Below, in pieces: positions 1 to 7,357 of a DNA stretch of 64,000 nt. Position 1 is the stretch's first letter; each line of letters starts with the position of its first letter. The DNA lies in the IMG/VR virus record IMGVR_UViG_2974632701_000001, positions 1 through 64,000 of that record; one strand, 5' to 3'. This DNA is from a virus. Its lineage: Duplodnaviria; Caudoviricetes. The notes beneath the pieces are model-generated. The model searched no databases and was not told the DNA's origin. It saw only the letters and a list, made by a program, of their open reading frames with translations. Position numbers and translations under genes: made by a program.

Positions 1-19
1 CAGCACAGGAGCACACACC

Positions 20-274
20 ATGGGTATCTTCCGTTCCGCATCCAATGCCATCACCTCCATCTTCGATACCGTTACCGACGTGGCCAACACCGCAGGAGAA
101 AGCGTCTCCATGGCCACCACCTATGTCCACAACAGAGCGGTGAGTCAGAAGCTCACTGACAAACAAGAAGTCATGGTCTCCACTGCCGAGACACTGGCTG
201 CACTCCAGACCAAGCTGGACGCAGACGAGAAACTGGCCGCAATCTACGCCTCTCTCGAAAAGGAGTTCTCGTAA
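20..274 (+). CDS. Early protein, N4 gp1-like
   Basis: 84 aa, AGGAG RBS, first gene before the gp2-like gene; N-terminus MGIFRSASNAITSIFDTV resembles N4-like gp1 proteins (from memory). Confidence 0.55.
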   Translation: MGIFRSASNAITSIFDTVTDVANTAGESVSMATTYVHNRAVSQKLTDKQEVMVSTAETLAALQTKLDADEKLAAIYASLEKEFS

Positions 275-281
275 CTCTCTC

Positions 282-336
282 GCTCTCATCACCTAAGGGT
301 GGTGAGGGCAAAGCCGTTTACCAGACAGACAGATAG
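282..336 (+). repeat. Early-region element A: 12-bp hairpin followed by CAGA repeats
   Basis: GCTCTCATCACC-TAAG-GGTGGTGAGGGC (2 G.U pairs), then CAGACAGACAGATAG at 322-336. Confidence 0.7.
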
Positions 337-384
337 AAACCTCTATCTTCTGACTAAACTCACCCTAAAACCTAAGAGATCCAA

Positions 385-615
385 ATGCTGATCTTCTTCA
401 ACGAATACCTCAAACCAATCACAGAAGAACCCCACATCTATGGGTTTACTTCTGTCCGTAATGACACAACAAATAATCTGGTTGTGTTTCATATGAATGA
501 ATGTGGTCTTACTTCAACTGTCAATCTTTCTGAAGATGAAGCCGTTGCCGCAGCAAAGACCATTCTCGCTCACTTCGAAAACAGCAATCAATCTCAACCA
601 AGGAAAACCCAATGA
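385..615 (+). CDS. Hypothetical early protein
   Basis: 76-aa ORF, ATGA overlap with the next ORF. Confidence 0.6.
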   Translation: MLIFFNEYLKPITEEPHIYGFTSVRNDTTNNLVVFHMNECGLTSTVNLSEDEAVAAAKTILAHFENSNQSQPRKTQ

Positions 616-704
616 AACACTTCATCGAAGACGTCATCGGACTCATCTCCATTGTCCTGATTTTCGTGTGTTTTCTATACTTCACATTTCCCGGTATGCC
701 CTGA
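612..704 (+). CDS. Small membrane protein (30 aa)
   Basis: MKHFIEDVIGLISIVLIFVCFLYFTFPGMP, one TM segment, AGGA RBS, ATGA coupling. Confidence 0.55.
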   Translation: MKHFIEDVIGLISIVLIFVCFLYFTFPGMP

Positions 705-733
705 AATCTCTACCTCAACCAAGGAGAACTCAC

Positions 734-1063
734 ATGATCATTCATTCCTCTGACATCCAAAATGCCATGCCTGTGAAACTCTTTGGAGATATTAATCTTC
801 TGGTATCTCCAGATATCTTTTTGACGTTGCAGTTCTTTCGTGAAGAAAGAACCATGACCCGTAACTTCTACAAGAAGGGTAGAGTCATTGTTGATCCCTA
901 TGCACAAAATGGGATCAAACTCGAAGTCGATGAAAACATCAACGTCAATGGCATCGAACTCTCGGTGCTCTGTTCACCTGAAGAATCTGCTGCCATTGAG
1001 GCCAAAGTTCCGGGCTTCAGTGACTGCAATAATCCACTCAACCAGATAATTTTCTATCGTTGA
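734..1063 (+). CDS. Hypothetical early protein (109 aa)
   Basis: AAGGAGA RBS at 721 places the start at ATG 734 within ORF 497..1063. Confidence 0.7.
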   Translation: MIIHSSDIQNAMPVKLFGDINLLVSPDIFLTLQFFREERTMTRNFYKKGRVIVDPYAQNGIKLEVDENINVNGIELSVLCSPEESAAIEAKVPGFSDCNNPLNQIIFYR

Positions 1064-1128
1064 AGGGAGAATGCTAACGCATTCATTACTCTCTTCCTTC
1101 GGTCATTTCTGGTGACTGAAGTCGGAGA

Positions 1129-1147
1129 ATCGCCTCCGGCGATCTTG
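1129..1147 (+). promoter_or_regulatory. vRNAP hairpin promoter (Pe2-like), predicted +1 G1147
   Basis: ATCGCC-TCC-GGCGAT; template strand reads C-GGA-G triloop as in N4 early promoters; G at the N4-equivalent +1 position; directly upstream of the gp2-like gene. Confidence 0.8.
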
Positions 1148-1186
1148 GGAATCTTCCCATAACATCCATCATGAAGGAGAAATCAG

Positions 1187-1597
1187 ATGGCTTTCAAACT
1201 TGCAACGAAGCGTACCAACCAGACCACTCGTCAGACGGCTGCTCAGGCCGATGAGGACGAATACGCTGGTCTGTGGATCAACGTCGGTCTCGTCACCGAG
1301 GTTGAGGGCGAAGGTGATTCGTCCATGAAGTTCAACCGCTTGCCGCGTGGTGTGGCAGTGTCGGATCTGGTGCCTCACCGGATCTATGCGAACTCGCACG
1401 AGCGGAATCCCGATTGGGCCGAGGAAGCTATCCTCGTCAACGCTCTGATCGAGAAGATCCGTGAGCACGGCTCGAAACTGGCCGAAGGCGAGTCGATGCC
1501 GCTGCAACTCAGTGTGCAACTCTACCGTCGTCAGGAGCAAGTTGCTCCGGTCGATACACCGAAGGTCGATGTCGATCTCGACTCGCTGTTCGGCTGA
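1187..1597 (+). CDS. N4 gp2-like ssDNA-binding RNAP II co-activator
   Basis: Motifs WINVG, RLPRG, LAEGE...LSVQLYRR match the N4 gp2 pattern; AAGGAG RBS; follows hairpin promoter. Confidence 0.75.
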   Translation: MAFKLATKRTNQTTRQTAAQADEDEYAGLWINVGLVTEVEGEGDSSMKFNRLPRGVAVSDLVPHRIYANSHERNPDWAEEAILVNALIEKIREHGSKLAEGESMPLQLSVQLYRRQEQVAPVDTPKVDVDLDSLFG

Positions 1598-1608
1598 TCT
1601 CAGCGAAC

Positions 1609-1676
1609 TCTCTGGCCTCTCAGCTTATGCTGGGAGGTCAGGGACTTCTTCCTGATGACAGACAGACAGACAGACA
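1609..1676 (+). repeat. Early-region element B: 16-bp hairpin followed by (GACA)5
   Basis: TCTCTGGCCTCTCAGC-TTAT-GCTGGGAGGTCAGGGA, then GACA x5 at 1657-1676. Confidence 0.75.
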
Positions 1677-1691
1677 TGAAAACTATGGTCA

Positions 1692-1769
1692 GTGCAGGTA
1701 GCCGAATGTTGAGCGCACATCTCAACAACGTCCGTGCAAACGTAGCTTGGTTCGAATCCAAGGCTCTCA
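1692..1769 (+). ncRNA. Degenerate tRNA-like element
   Basis: Perfect T-arm CTTGG-TTCGAAT-CCAAG (1746-1762), 6-bp/7-nt-loop arm GTTGAG-CGCACAT-CTCAAC, long variable-arm-like ACGT...ACGT; acceptor stem does not pair. Confidence 0.4.
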
Positions 1770-1788
1770 GAAAACTAAAGGAACTGAA

Positions 1789-2052
1789 ATGAAAATCCTC
1801 AAGATTGACGACAAATACTCTGTCGAAATTGACGATCAAAACAATGATCGTCCAATGAATATCCTTCGTCATGGTGAGCAACATCATGCAATCACCGTTG
1901 ATACACCCAACTGGGTAGTCGCTCTCATCTACAGTCTGACTCAAGAAGAACAAGAAAAAGTTGAAATCACCAAACTTGACTACTGTCGATGTCAGAAAAA
2001 GAACGTTGAGCGTTGTGCCTGTATGGAGGATTCTCTCTCCCAAATTCGGTGA
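1789..2052 (+). CDS. Hypothetical early protein with Cys-rich C-terminus
   Basis: AAGGA RBS, ATG 1789; CRC...CAC motif. Confidence 0.6.
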   Translation: MKILKIDDKYSVEIDDQNNDRPMNILRHGEQHHAITVDTPNWVVALIYSLTQEEQEKVEITKLDYCRCQKKNVERCACMEDSLSQIR

Positions 2053-2147
2053 ATCTCAGTTTGTAGCTGACAAACTGCTGCTGCTGGTAATCCATGACTA
2101 CTTGAACTTCGATGTAAACCAAACCAACCAACACAAGGAACTTTCCA

Positions 2148-2408
2148 ATGCCTGATGGTCTCTCCAAAGCCAATGCTCGCCAGTCCTCCAAGTGGCAGCG
2201 GTCCAGCAAAAGCCGTCGTGCTGCGAACCTGCCTGCCAAGGCTGGTCGTCGCAAGCCTCCTGCCGCCAAGAAAGGCAAGCACATCACCACTCACGAAGAA
2301 CGTCAGCGTGGTATCTTCCTCACTCAGTTCGGTCTCAAACCCTTCGTGAATCCGTGGATCAATCGGAAAGGACCGAAAGAATCCGTGGGTGAGGATGAGT
2401 TCGCCTGA
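2148..2408 (+). CDS. Small highly basic early protein
   Basis: 86 aa, K/R-rich N-terminal half; AAGGA RBS. Confidence 0.65.
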   Translation: MPDGLSKANARQSSKWQRSSKSRRAANLPAKAGRRKPPAAKKGKHITTHEERQRGIFLTQFGLKPFVNPWINRKGPKESVGEDEFA

Positions 2409-2434
2409 TCTGAACTGAAGTTCAACTGACTAAA

Positions 2435-2496
2435 CTCTGGCCTCTCAACAATAGTTGAGGGGTCAGAGCTTATTTTTTCAATGAGAACAGACAGAC
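2435..2496 (+). terminator. Early-region element C: 15-bp hairpin, U-tract, CAGA repeats
   Basis: CTCTGGCCTCTCAAC-AATA-GTTGAGGGGTCAGAG, then TTATTTTTT and ACAGACAGAC; stem homologous to element B. Confidence 0.7.
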
Positions 2497-2512
2497 CTGA
2501 GATCTGATTCTC

Positions 2513-2530
2513 CCGCCTCCGGCGGTCTCG
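2513..2530 (+). promoter_or_regulatory. vRNAP hairpin promoter (Pe3-like), predicted +1 G2530
   Basis: CCGCC-TCC-GGCGG-TCTC-G; shares CGCCTCCGGCGRTCTYG with the 1129 site; upstream of RNAP1. Confidence 0.8.
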
Positions 2531-2650
2531 CGTTGCTCGATAACCTCTCTTTGAGCACGTCAACTCGGGTTCCAACACCTAAATCCTAAAAGTTCAGGAA
2601 TGACCCCGTTTTGACTAAACGAAGATAAACCCTAACCAAAGGAAAAACCC

Positions 2651-3433
2651 ATGACTAACATGGTGACAACTCAGCTTAACCTCGAAGAACTCTACAACAG
2701 AAACCAGTTGATGGATGTACTTCGTGATCAGTTTGCACCGCTGACTGATGATCCTTTCAAGCTCGATTGTGTGGTACAAATCTACCTGCACAAGCAAGCT
2801 GATGTGCCTACCATGGTTGGACTGTTCTCCCCCAAATGGGGTGAACCTCAGGACGTAGCTGAGATGCTCAAGGAAGTCGTTGAAGACGATCTCATTGACT
2901 TCGACATGGACAACATGCGCTTCGTCATGAAGTACGAGATCTCTCGTGATGTCGAAGAACTCCTCGAACTGTACCAGTTCCCATTGCCAATGGTCGTTCA
3001 GCCCAACAAGGTGGTGAACAATCACATGGGCAGTGGATACTTCGACAAGAAGGGTCGGATTGTCCTCAATGGATCTGATGTCTTCGACAATGAAGATGTC
3101 TGTCTCGACCATATCAACCGTGCCAACAGCGTAGGACTCACATTGAATCTCGATGTGATTGCCTCTGCTGAAGGCATGATGATTCTTCCTAAGCGAAAGC
3201 ATGGTGAAGCCTTTGACGATTTTCAGAAGCGTCAGAAGCAAGCCAAAGTCTTCTACGAAACCTCCTATGAGGTGATGCAGGGACTGCTGACTCTGGGCAA
3301 TGAGTTCTGGCTCACTCACAAGTATGACCGTCGTGGTCGTACCTATGCAGTGGGCTATCACGTCAACTCTCAAGGCACTGACTACAACAAAGCAGTGCTC
3401 GAACTCTTCAGAAAGGAAGTGATCAATGGCTGA
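2651..3433 (+). CDS. RNA polymerase II subunit 1 (N4 gp15-like)
   Basis: 260 aa; YQFPLPMVVQP and DRRGRTY motifs of the N-terminal half of the split T7-like RNAP. Confidence 0.92.
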   Translation: MTNMVTTQLNLEELYNRNQLMDVLRDQFAPLTDDPFKLDCVVQIYLHKQADVPTMVGLFSPKWGEPQDVAEMLKEVVEDDLIDFDMDNMRFVMKYEISRDVEELLELYQFPLPMVVQPNKVVNNHMGSGYFDKKGRIVLNGSDVFDNEDVCLDHINRANSVGLTLNLDVIASAEGMMILPKRKHGEAFDDFQKRQKQAKVFYETSYEVMQGLLTLGNEFWLTHKYDRRGRTYAVGYHVNSQGTDYNKAVLELFRKEVING

Positions 3434-3749
3434 TGCCCGCTTCACAACACTGCCTGAACTTCGTGAACTCATGTCAGTGGATGTGGTCTCATCCCAGAAG
3501 ATCAACTGCATCAAGCTCCTTCGCCAGATCACTGGCGAGGGACTGAAAGAAACCAAAGACTTCTTCGAACAGGAATGGATGCCATTCGTTCTCGAAGGCC
3601 AACGCTTTGGCAAACCTACCATGACTCCTCCTGCTCAATCTCTTGAGCTTGTAGATATCATGGATCGACTCCAAGCCTTGGAAAACATCGTGAGTGAACT
3701 CACTCGGAATGAAACCAAGAAGATGGCCGCAACCATCTTCACTGAATGA
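3426..3749 (+). CDS. rplL: Ribosomal protein bL12 (L7/L12) C-terminal-domain-like protein
   Basis: KINCIKLLRQITGEGLKETKDFFE matches the bL12 CTD motif KIxxIKxxRxxTGxGLKEAKDxxE. Confidence 0.75.
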   Translation: MADARFTTLPELRELMSVDVVSSQKINCIKLLRQITGEGLKETKDFFEQEWMPFVLEGQRFGKPTMTPPAQSLELVDIMDRLQALENIVSELTRNETKKMAATIFTE

Positions 3750-3758
3750 GGAGAACCA

Positions 3759-3944
3759 ATGCTTCAAATCTTGGCTCAAGACATCATCAATGATGTCACT
3801 CTACTGAAGACTGATCACAAAGGACATCTCTTCAATGTCCGATATGGTCTTCAGATTCGTGCATGGAACTCTTTGGAGAATGCTCTCGCTGATTTCCATG
3901 AATGCCAACAACACGCTCTCAACTGCAAAGGATTCACACTATGA
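3759..3944 (+). CDS. Hypothetical protein
   Basis: 61 aa, GAGGAG RBS. Confidence 0.65.
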   Translation: MLQILAQDIINDVTLLKTDHKGHLFNVRYGLQIRAWNSLENALADFHECQQHALNCKGFTL

Positions 3945-4114
3945 TTCTCATCGGAATCTTCATGATCATGCTCAACTGGATTCTGAAACTCCTCGTCGGA
4001 TTGGCTTCGTACCATCTGATGATGTGGTTCGGAGCACCTGAATGGGCTGTAATCACTGTTGTTGCAGTCGCTGCTGCATCAACTTCCATTAACTTTGAAA
4101 TCAACCGGAGGTAA
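3941..4114 (+). CDS. Small membrane protein
   Basis: 57 aa, two hydrophobic stretches, ATGA overlap. Confidence 0.6.
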   Translation: MILIGIFMIMLNWILKLLVGLASYHLMMWFGAPEWAVITVVAVAAASTSINFEINRR

Positions 4115-4118
4115 TCAC

Positions 4119-4226
4119 ATGCCCTGTCCTGCTGGAGCCGTGATTGGGATTCTCTCAATCCTCGCCCTCTACTTCCTGTACAAATACGCTGATGAACTCA
4201 GCGATGGAAACATCGAAAGGAAATGA
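4119..4226 (+). CDS. Small membrane protein (35 aa)
   Basis: GGAGG RBS; MPCPAGAVIGILSILALYFLYKY. Confidence 0.55.
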   Translation: MPCPAGAVIGILSILALYFLYKYADELSDGNIERK

Positions 4227-4229
4227 TCA

Positions 4230-4469
4230 ATGGCTAAATGGGATCTCACCCAACTCCACAAAGAGAACAATGCAAAAGGCAACAATTCGCCTTTTGATCT
4301 CTCTCACCATGGAGATGAGGTCATCTGTTACACCAAAGATGACCGGATTCATGTTGCTGTGAAGATTCAGACTGGACTCGATGAGTTCAGATCCACTCTT
4401 CTCACCTTCGAAACCCAAACGCAGATGGAACGTCTATTCCCTGCAATCATGAAAGGATTGCCAAGATGA
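4230..4469 (+). CDS. Hypothetical protein
   Basis: 79 aa, AAGGA RBS. Confidence 0.6.
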   Translation: MAKWDLTQLHKENNAKGNNSPFDLSHHGDEVICYTKDDRIHVAVKIQTGLDEFRSTLLTFETQTQMERLFPAIMKGLPR

Positions 4470-4621
4470 ATTGGTGGAGGTTTCTTGTTGCAGTTGCAGC
4501 CATCATCCAAATCATCTTGGTGATTTTGGCTGAAGCTCAAGAAGAGTACATCAAAGCATCCTATGAAATGTTGTGGTTGTTCTTCTTCACGTATCTCTAT
4601 CACATGGAGGACAAGAAGTGA
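4466..4621 (+). CDS. Small membrane protein (51 aa)
   Basis: MNWWRFLVAVAAIIQIILVIL..., two hydrophobic segments, ATGA overlap. Confidence 0.55.
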   Translation: MNWWRFLVAVAAIIQIILVILAEAQEEYIKASYEMLWLFFFTYLYHMEDKK

Positions 4622-4626
4622 TCTTC

Positions 4627-4737
4627 ATGAACAAAATGCTTCTGGTCTACGATCCCAATCCAGACCCGATGAAAGCCAACAAATTTGCACAACAAGTCTT
4701 GATTTGGGGTGCTCAATTCAGAGGAGAAATTCCGTGA
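4627..4737 (+). CDS. Small hypothetical protein (36 aa)
   Basis: Fills the gap between coupled ORFs; GTGA overlap with the next gene. Confidence 0.45.
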   Translation: MNKMLLVYDPNPDPMKANKFAQQVLIWGAQFRGEIP

Positions 4738-4979
4738 TCACTGGTGAAGACATCGACCGCTGCATCGAAGAGAAGCAAGGTCTCAAACTCGTCGTCGTAG
4801 ATACTGACCAATTCTTCGAATTCGAAATCCCTGTGGGACAAGATACAGAAGAGTTTGTCAATTCTGCTGAATGCCGTGCTGAATGTGCAGCCCGCATTCT
4901 CAAACAAACAACTGATCTCATCATCGACCGTGAATGCACACAATTTGATGAGACCAATGGATATTGGATGGACCCATGA
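4734..4979 (+). CDS. Hypothetical protein
   Basis: GAGGAG RBS before GTG 4734 within ORF 4563..4979. Confidence 0.65.
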   Translation: MITGEDIDRCIEEKQGLKLVVVDTDQFFEFEIPVGQDTEEFVNSAECRAECAARILKQTTDLIIDRECTQFDETNGYWMDP

Positions 4980-5137
4980 ACAATCATTTCCCTCACCTGA
5001 AGAGCCAAGAAGAAATTGATCGTGAGATCGCTGGTCCCATTCTCTGGTGGAAAGTCTACTTCGCAAGCTCTCTGATCCTCACGATCACGTTCTACTTGCT
5101 GGCCATCATTGCAATGCTGAAGTGGATCTTCTCATGA
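4976..5137 (+). CDS. Small membrane protein (53 aa)
   Basis: C-terminal TM VYFASSLILTITFYLLAIIAML, ATGA overlaps. Confidence 0.55.
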   Translation: MNNHFPHLKSQEEIDREIAGPILWWKVYFASSLILTITFYLLAIIAMLKWIFS

Positions 5138-5215
5138 TCCCGATGCACGCAATCCTCTATGACTTCCTCAAAGTCTGTGAATGGCCATGGCTCTGCTTCT
5201 ACTATCGGTATTCCG

Positions 5216-5506
5216 ATGTCAGATACTGAGCCACCACTCACTGCTGTTCAGGATCGACATTACCTCAAAATGTCCATTCCAGAATACAGGAGCTTTGCAG
5301 AGGCTGTCTCATCCTTCTGTTACATCGACAGAGAAGGCAACCACTGCAAGTTACGGAATGCCAAAACCAAAAAGCTGAAGAATCTCAGACATGGGATTCG
5401 AAAGAGTGACTTCCTGATGAAATCTCTCATCTGGAAAGAACAGCTACGCTTATTGGAAGTGGAACTGAACAAGCGTCAGCGATTTGCAAAAGGGGATTAC
5501 TCATGA
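5216..5506 (+). CDS. Hypothetical basic protein
   Basis: Probable ATG 5216 in ORF 5159..5506. Confidence 0.55.
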   Translation: MSDTEPPLTAVQDRHYLKMSIPEYRSFAEAVSSFCYIDREGNHCKLRNAKTKKLKNLRHGIRKSDFLMKSLIWKEQLRLLEVELNKRQRFAKGDYS

Positions 5507-5691
5507 ACAACAGGAAATCATACCTCTTCAAATACAATGCCCAAGCCATAATCAAATACCTCGTTCCGGCTCATGCGAGTCGGTGCGAGATCCACAAAGA
5601 CGAAGAAGGCTACTGGATCAACGTCTGGTGGCACTGTGGCGTAATTGCACCACTCACTCACCAAGAAGAAGCACAAGCATTAGGAGAATGA
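5503..5691 (+). CDS. Hypothetical protein
   Basis: 62 aa, ATGA coupling on both ends. Confidence 0.6.
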   Translation: MNNRKSYLFKYNAQAIIKYLVPAHASRCEIHKDEEGYWINVWWHCGVIAPLTHQEEAQALGE

Positions 5692-5693
5692 AA

Positions 5694-6893
5694 ATGCTGA
5701 AGGTCCAAGAATTCCGTGAACTGACTGGTAAAGAGTATCTGATGGCTGACATCGCGTGCAAACATGACAAAGCCTATGAGAAACTGAGTTGGGATCAACG
5801 AATCTATCACTTCTCGGAAATCGACTTCAAAGACCCGAAGACGTTCAAAGAAGCCAGCAACCCTGTGGGGTTGAGGGCAGCCTATGTTGCAATGGAACAC
5901 ACTGCACTGAATCGTCCCAGTGGCTACATGATCAGTCTGGATGCTGCATCGTCCGGACTCCAACTGCTCAGTTTGTTGGTATCCTGCCCCGTAAGCTGGA
6001 AGCTCTGCGGTGGCGATGAGAACATCCTTGATGCTTATGCAGAAGTGTTCCTCCACATGAACACTGGCCTCAATATCGACCGCAAAGATGTGAAGCAAAG
6101 CATCATGACTGCTCTCTATGGTTCAACAGCCACACCCAAAGCCGTATTCGGTGAGGATGTGGATGTGTTCTATGAAACCATGGAGAAAATGGCACCCGGT
6201 GCATGGGATCTCAACCTTGGGATCCAAGAACTCTGGGATGAAGTCGAAGGCACCACCTACGATTGGACCATGCCTGACAACTTCTATGCCTGCATCGAAA
6301 CTCACGACAAAGACGTGATCAAGTTCAAGTTCTTGGATGAAGAGTTCCAAGTCGTCCAGAAAGTGAACGAACGTCCTCGGTTCCATAAAGGACTAGGACC
6401 GAATCTCATTCACTCTCTGGATGGTATGATCGTCCGTGAGATGTGCCGCCGTTGTCAGTACGACCTCAACACCATGCAGCGTGTCCTTGAACTCATCGCT
6501 GAAGGTGTGACTGGTGGAACCACTGGTAAATCTGCTGCTATGGTTCAGATCCTCTGGGAACTGTACCAAGAATCAGGATTCCTCAGTGTCCGTATCCTCG
6601 ACTATCTCTATGAGGATACCTGTGGACTGGTTGACATGCAGATCATCAAAGATCTCATCGTCACCATGCCTCATGTTCCTTTCCAACTCGTCACAGTGCA
6701 TGACTGCTTCCGTTGCCATCCCAACTATGGCAATGACCTTCGCCGTCAGTACAACACAATCCTTGCTGACATCAATGATAGCAACATCCTGCCATTCATT
6801 GCATCTCAAGTCGCAAAACAACCGATCTCAGCCCGGAAAGTGGGAAAAATACCTCGGGAGGTAATTCTCAATGCCAACTATACCCTCTCGTGA
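5694..6893 (+). CDS. RNA polymerase II subunit 2 (N4 gp16-like)
   Basis: Motif A LDAASSGLQ, motif B RKDVKQSIMTALYGS, motif C TVHDCF; AGGAGA RBS. Confidence 0.95.
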   Translation: MLKVQEFRELTGKEYLMADIACKHDKAYEKLSWDQRIYHFSEIDFKDPKTFKEASNPVGLRAAYVAMEHTALNRPSGYMISLDAASSGLQLLSLLVSCPVSWKLCGGDENILDAYAEVFLHMNTGLNIDRKDVKQSIMTALYGSTATPKAVFGEDVDVFYETMEKMAPGAWDLNLGIQELWDEVEGTTYDWTMPDNFYACIETHDKDVIKFKFLDEEFQVVQKVNERPRFHKGLGPNLIHSLDGMIVREMCRRCQYDLNTMQRVLELIAEGVTGGTTGKSAAMVQILWELYQESGFLSVRILDYLYEDTCGLVDMQIIKDLIVTMPHVPFQLVTVHDCFRCHPNYGNDLRRQYNTILADINDSNILPFIASQVAKQPISARKVGKIPREVILNANYTLS

Positions 6894-7035
6894 TGAATTT
6901 GATGAGCTTGCTTATCGGTTCTGGAGTATTCATCCTCGTGACATTCCAATAGATCCGGAGATGCCTCCGAATTATCCCGGTGGTCCACGAACATGGATGT
7001 ATGCCAAAGAAATGAGAGAACTAAAACTCTCGTAA
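6871..7035 (+). CDS. Small hypothetical protein (54 aa)
   Basis: GGGAGG RBS; MPTIPSRDEFDELAYRFW...; ends just before a terminator. Confidence 0.55.
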   Translation: MPTIPSRDEFDELAYRFWSIHPRDIPIDPEMPPNYPGGPRTWMYAKEMRELKLS

Positions 7036-7041
7036 AAAAAT

Positions 7042-7080
7042 CCCCTCTCTGCTACTTCAGCAGAGAGGGGTTAATTTTTT
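7042..7080 (+). terminator. Intrinsic terminator
   Basis: CCCCTCTCTGCT-ACTTC-AGCAGAGAGGGG followed by TTAATTTTTT. Confidence 0.85.
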
Positions 7081-7105
7081 GACCAACGCAAGAAGGACAG
7101 AAATC

Positions 7106-7309
7106 ATGACGACGACGCAAGACTACAGATACTATTACATGGATGACCACACAAGAACAATTTTCTACTCTGATACTGATGTCAGTGAAGAAAGACCTGA
7201 TCTTGTTTTTGTGGGCATGAGCCAAAACCCAAATCCCAAAATGGCTGTTGCTGTCTTCACACAGAAAGACCTAGTAGCCAAAGGATACAAGATCAAACCC
7301 TTGGTTTGA
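7106..7309 (+). CDS. Hypothetical protein
   Basis: AAGGA RBS before ATG 7106. Confidence 0.65.
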   Translation: MTTTQDYRYYYMDDHTRTIFYSDTDVSEERPDLVFVGMSQNPNPKMAVAVFTQKDLVAKGYKIKPLV

Positions 7310-7357
7310 TTCTTCTTTTTTGGTTTTCGATCAACATCAACAGAAGGAGTACACCAT

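Noticed and set aside
1657-1676. (GACA)5 and similar tracts as a CRISPR array or contingency microsatellite
   Set aside because: The unit is only 4 bp with no spacers, and the tracts are intergenic so they cannot phase-shift an ORF; treated instead as part of the hairpin elements.
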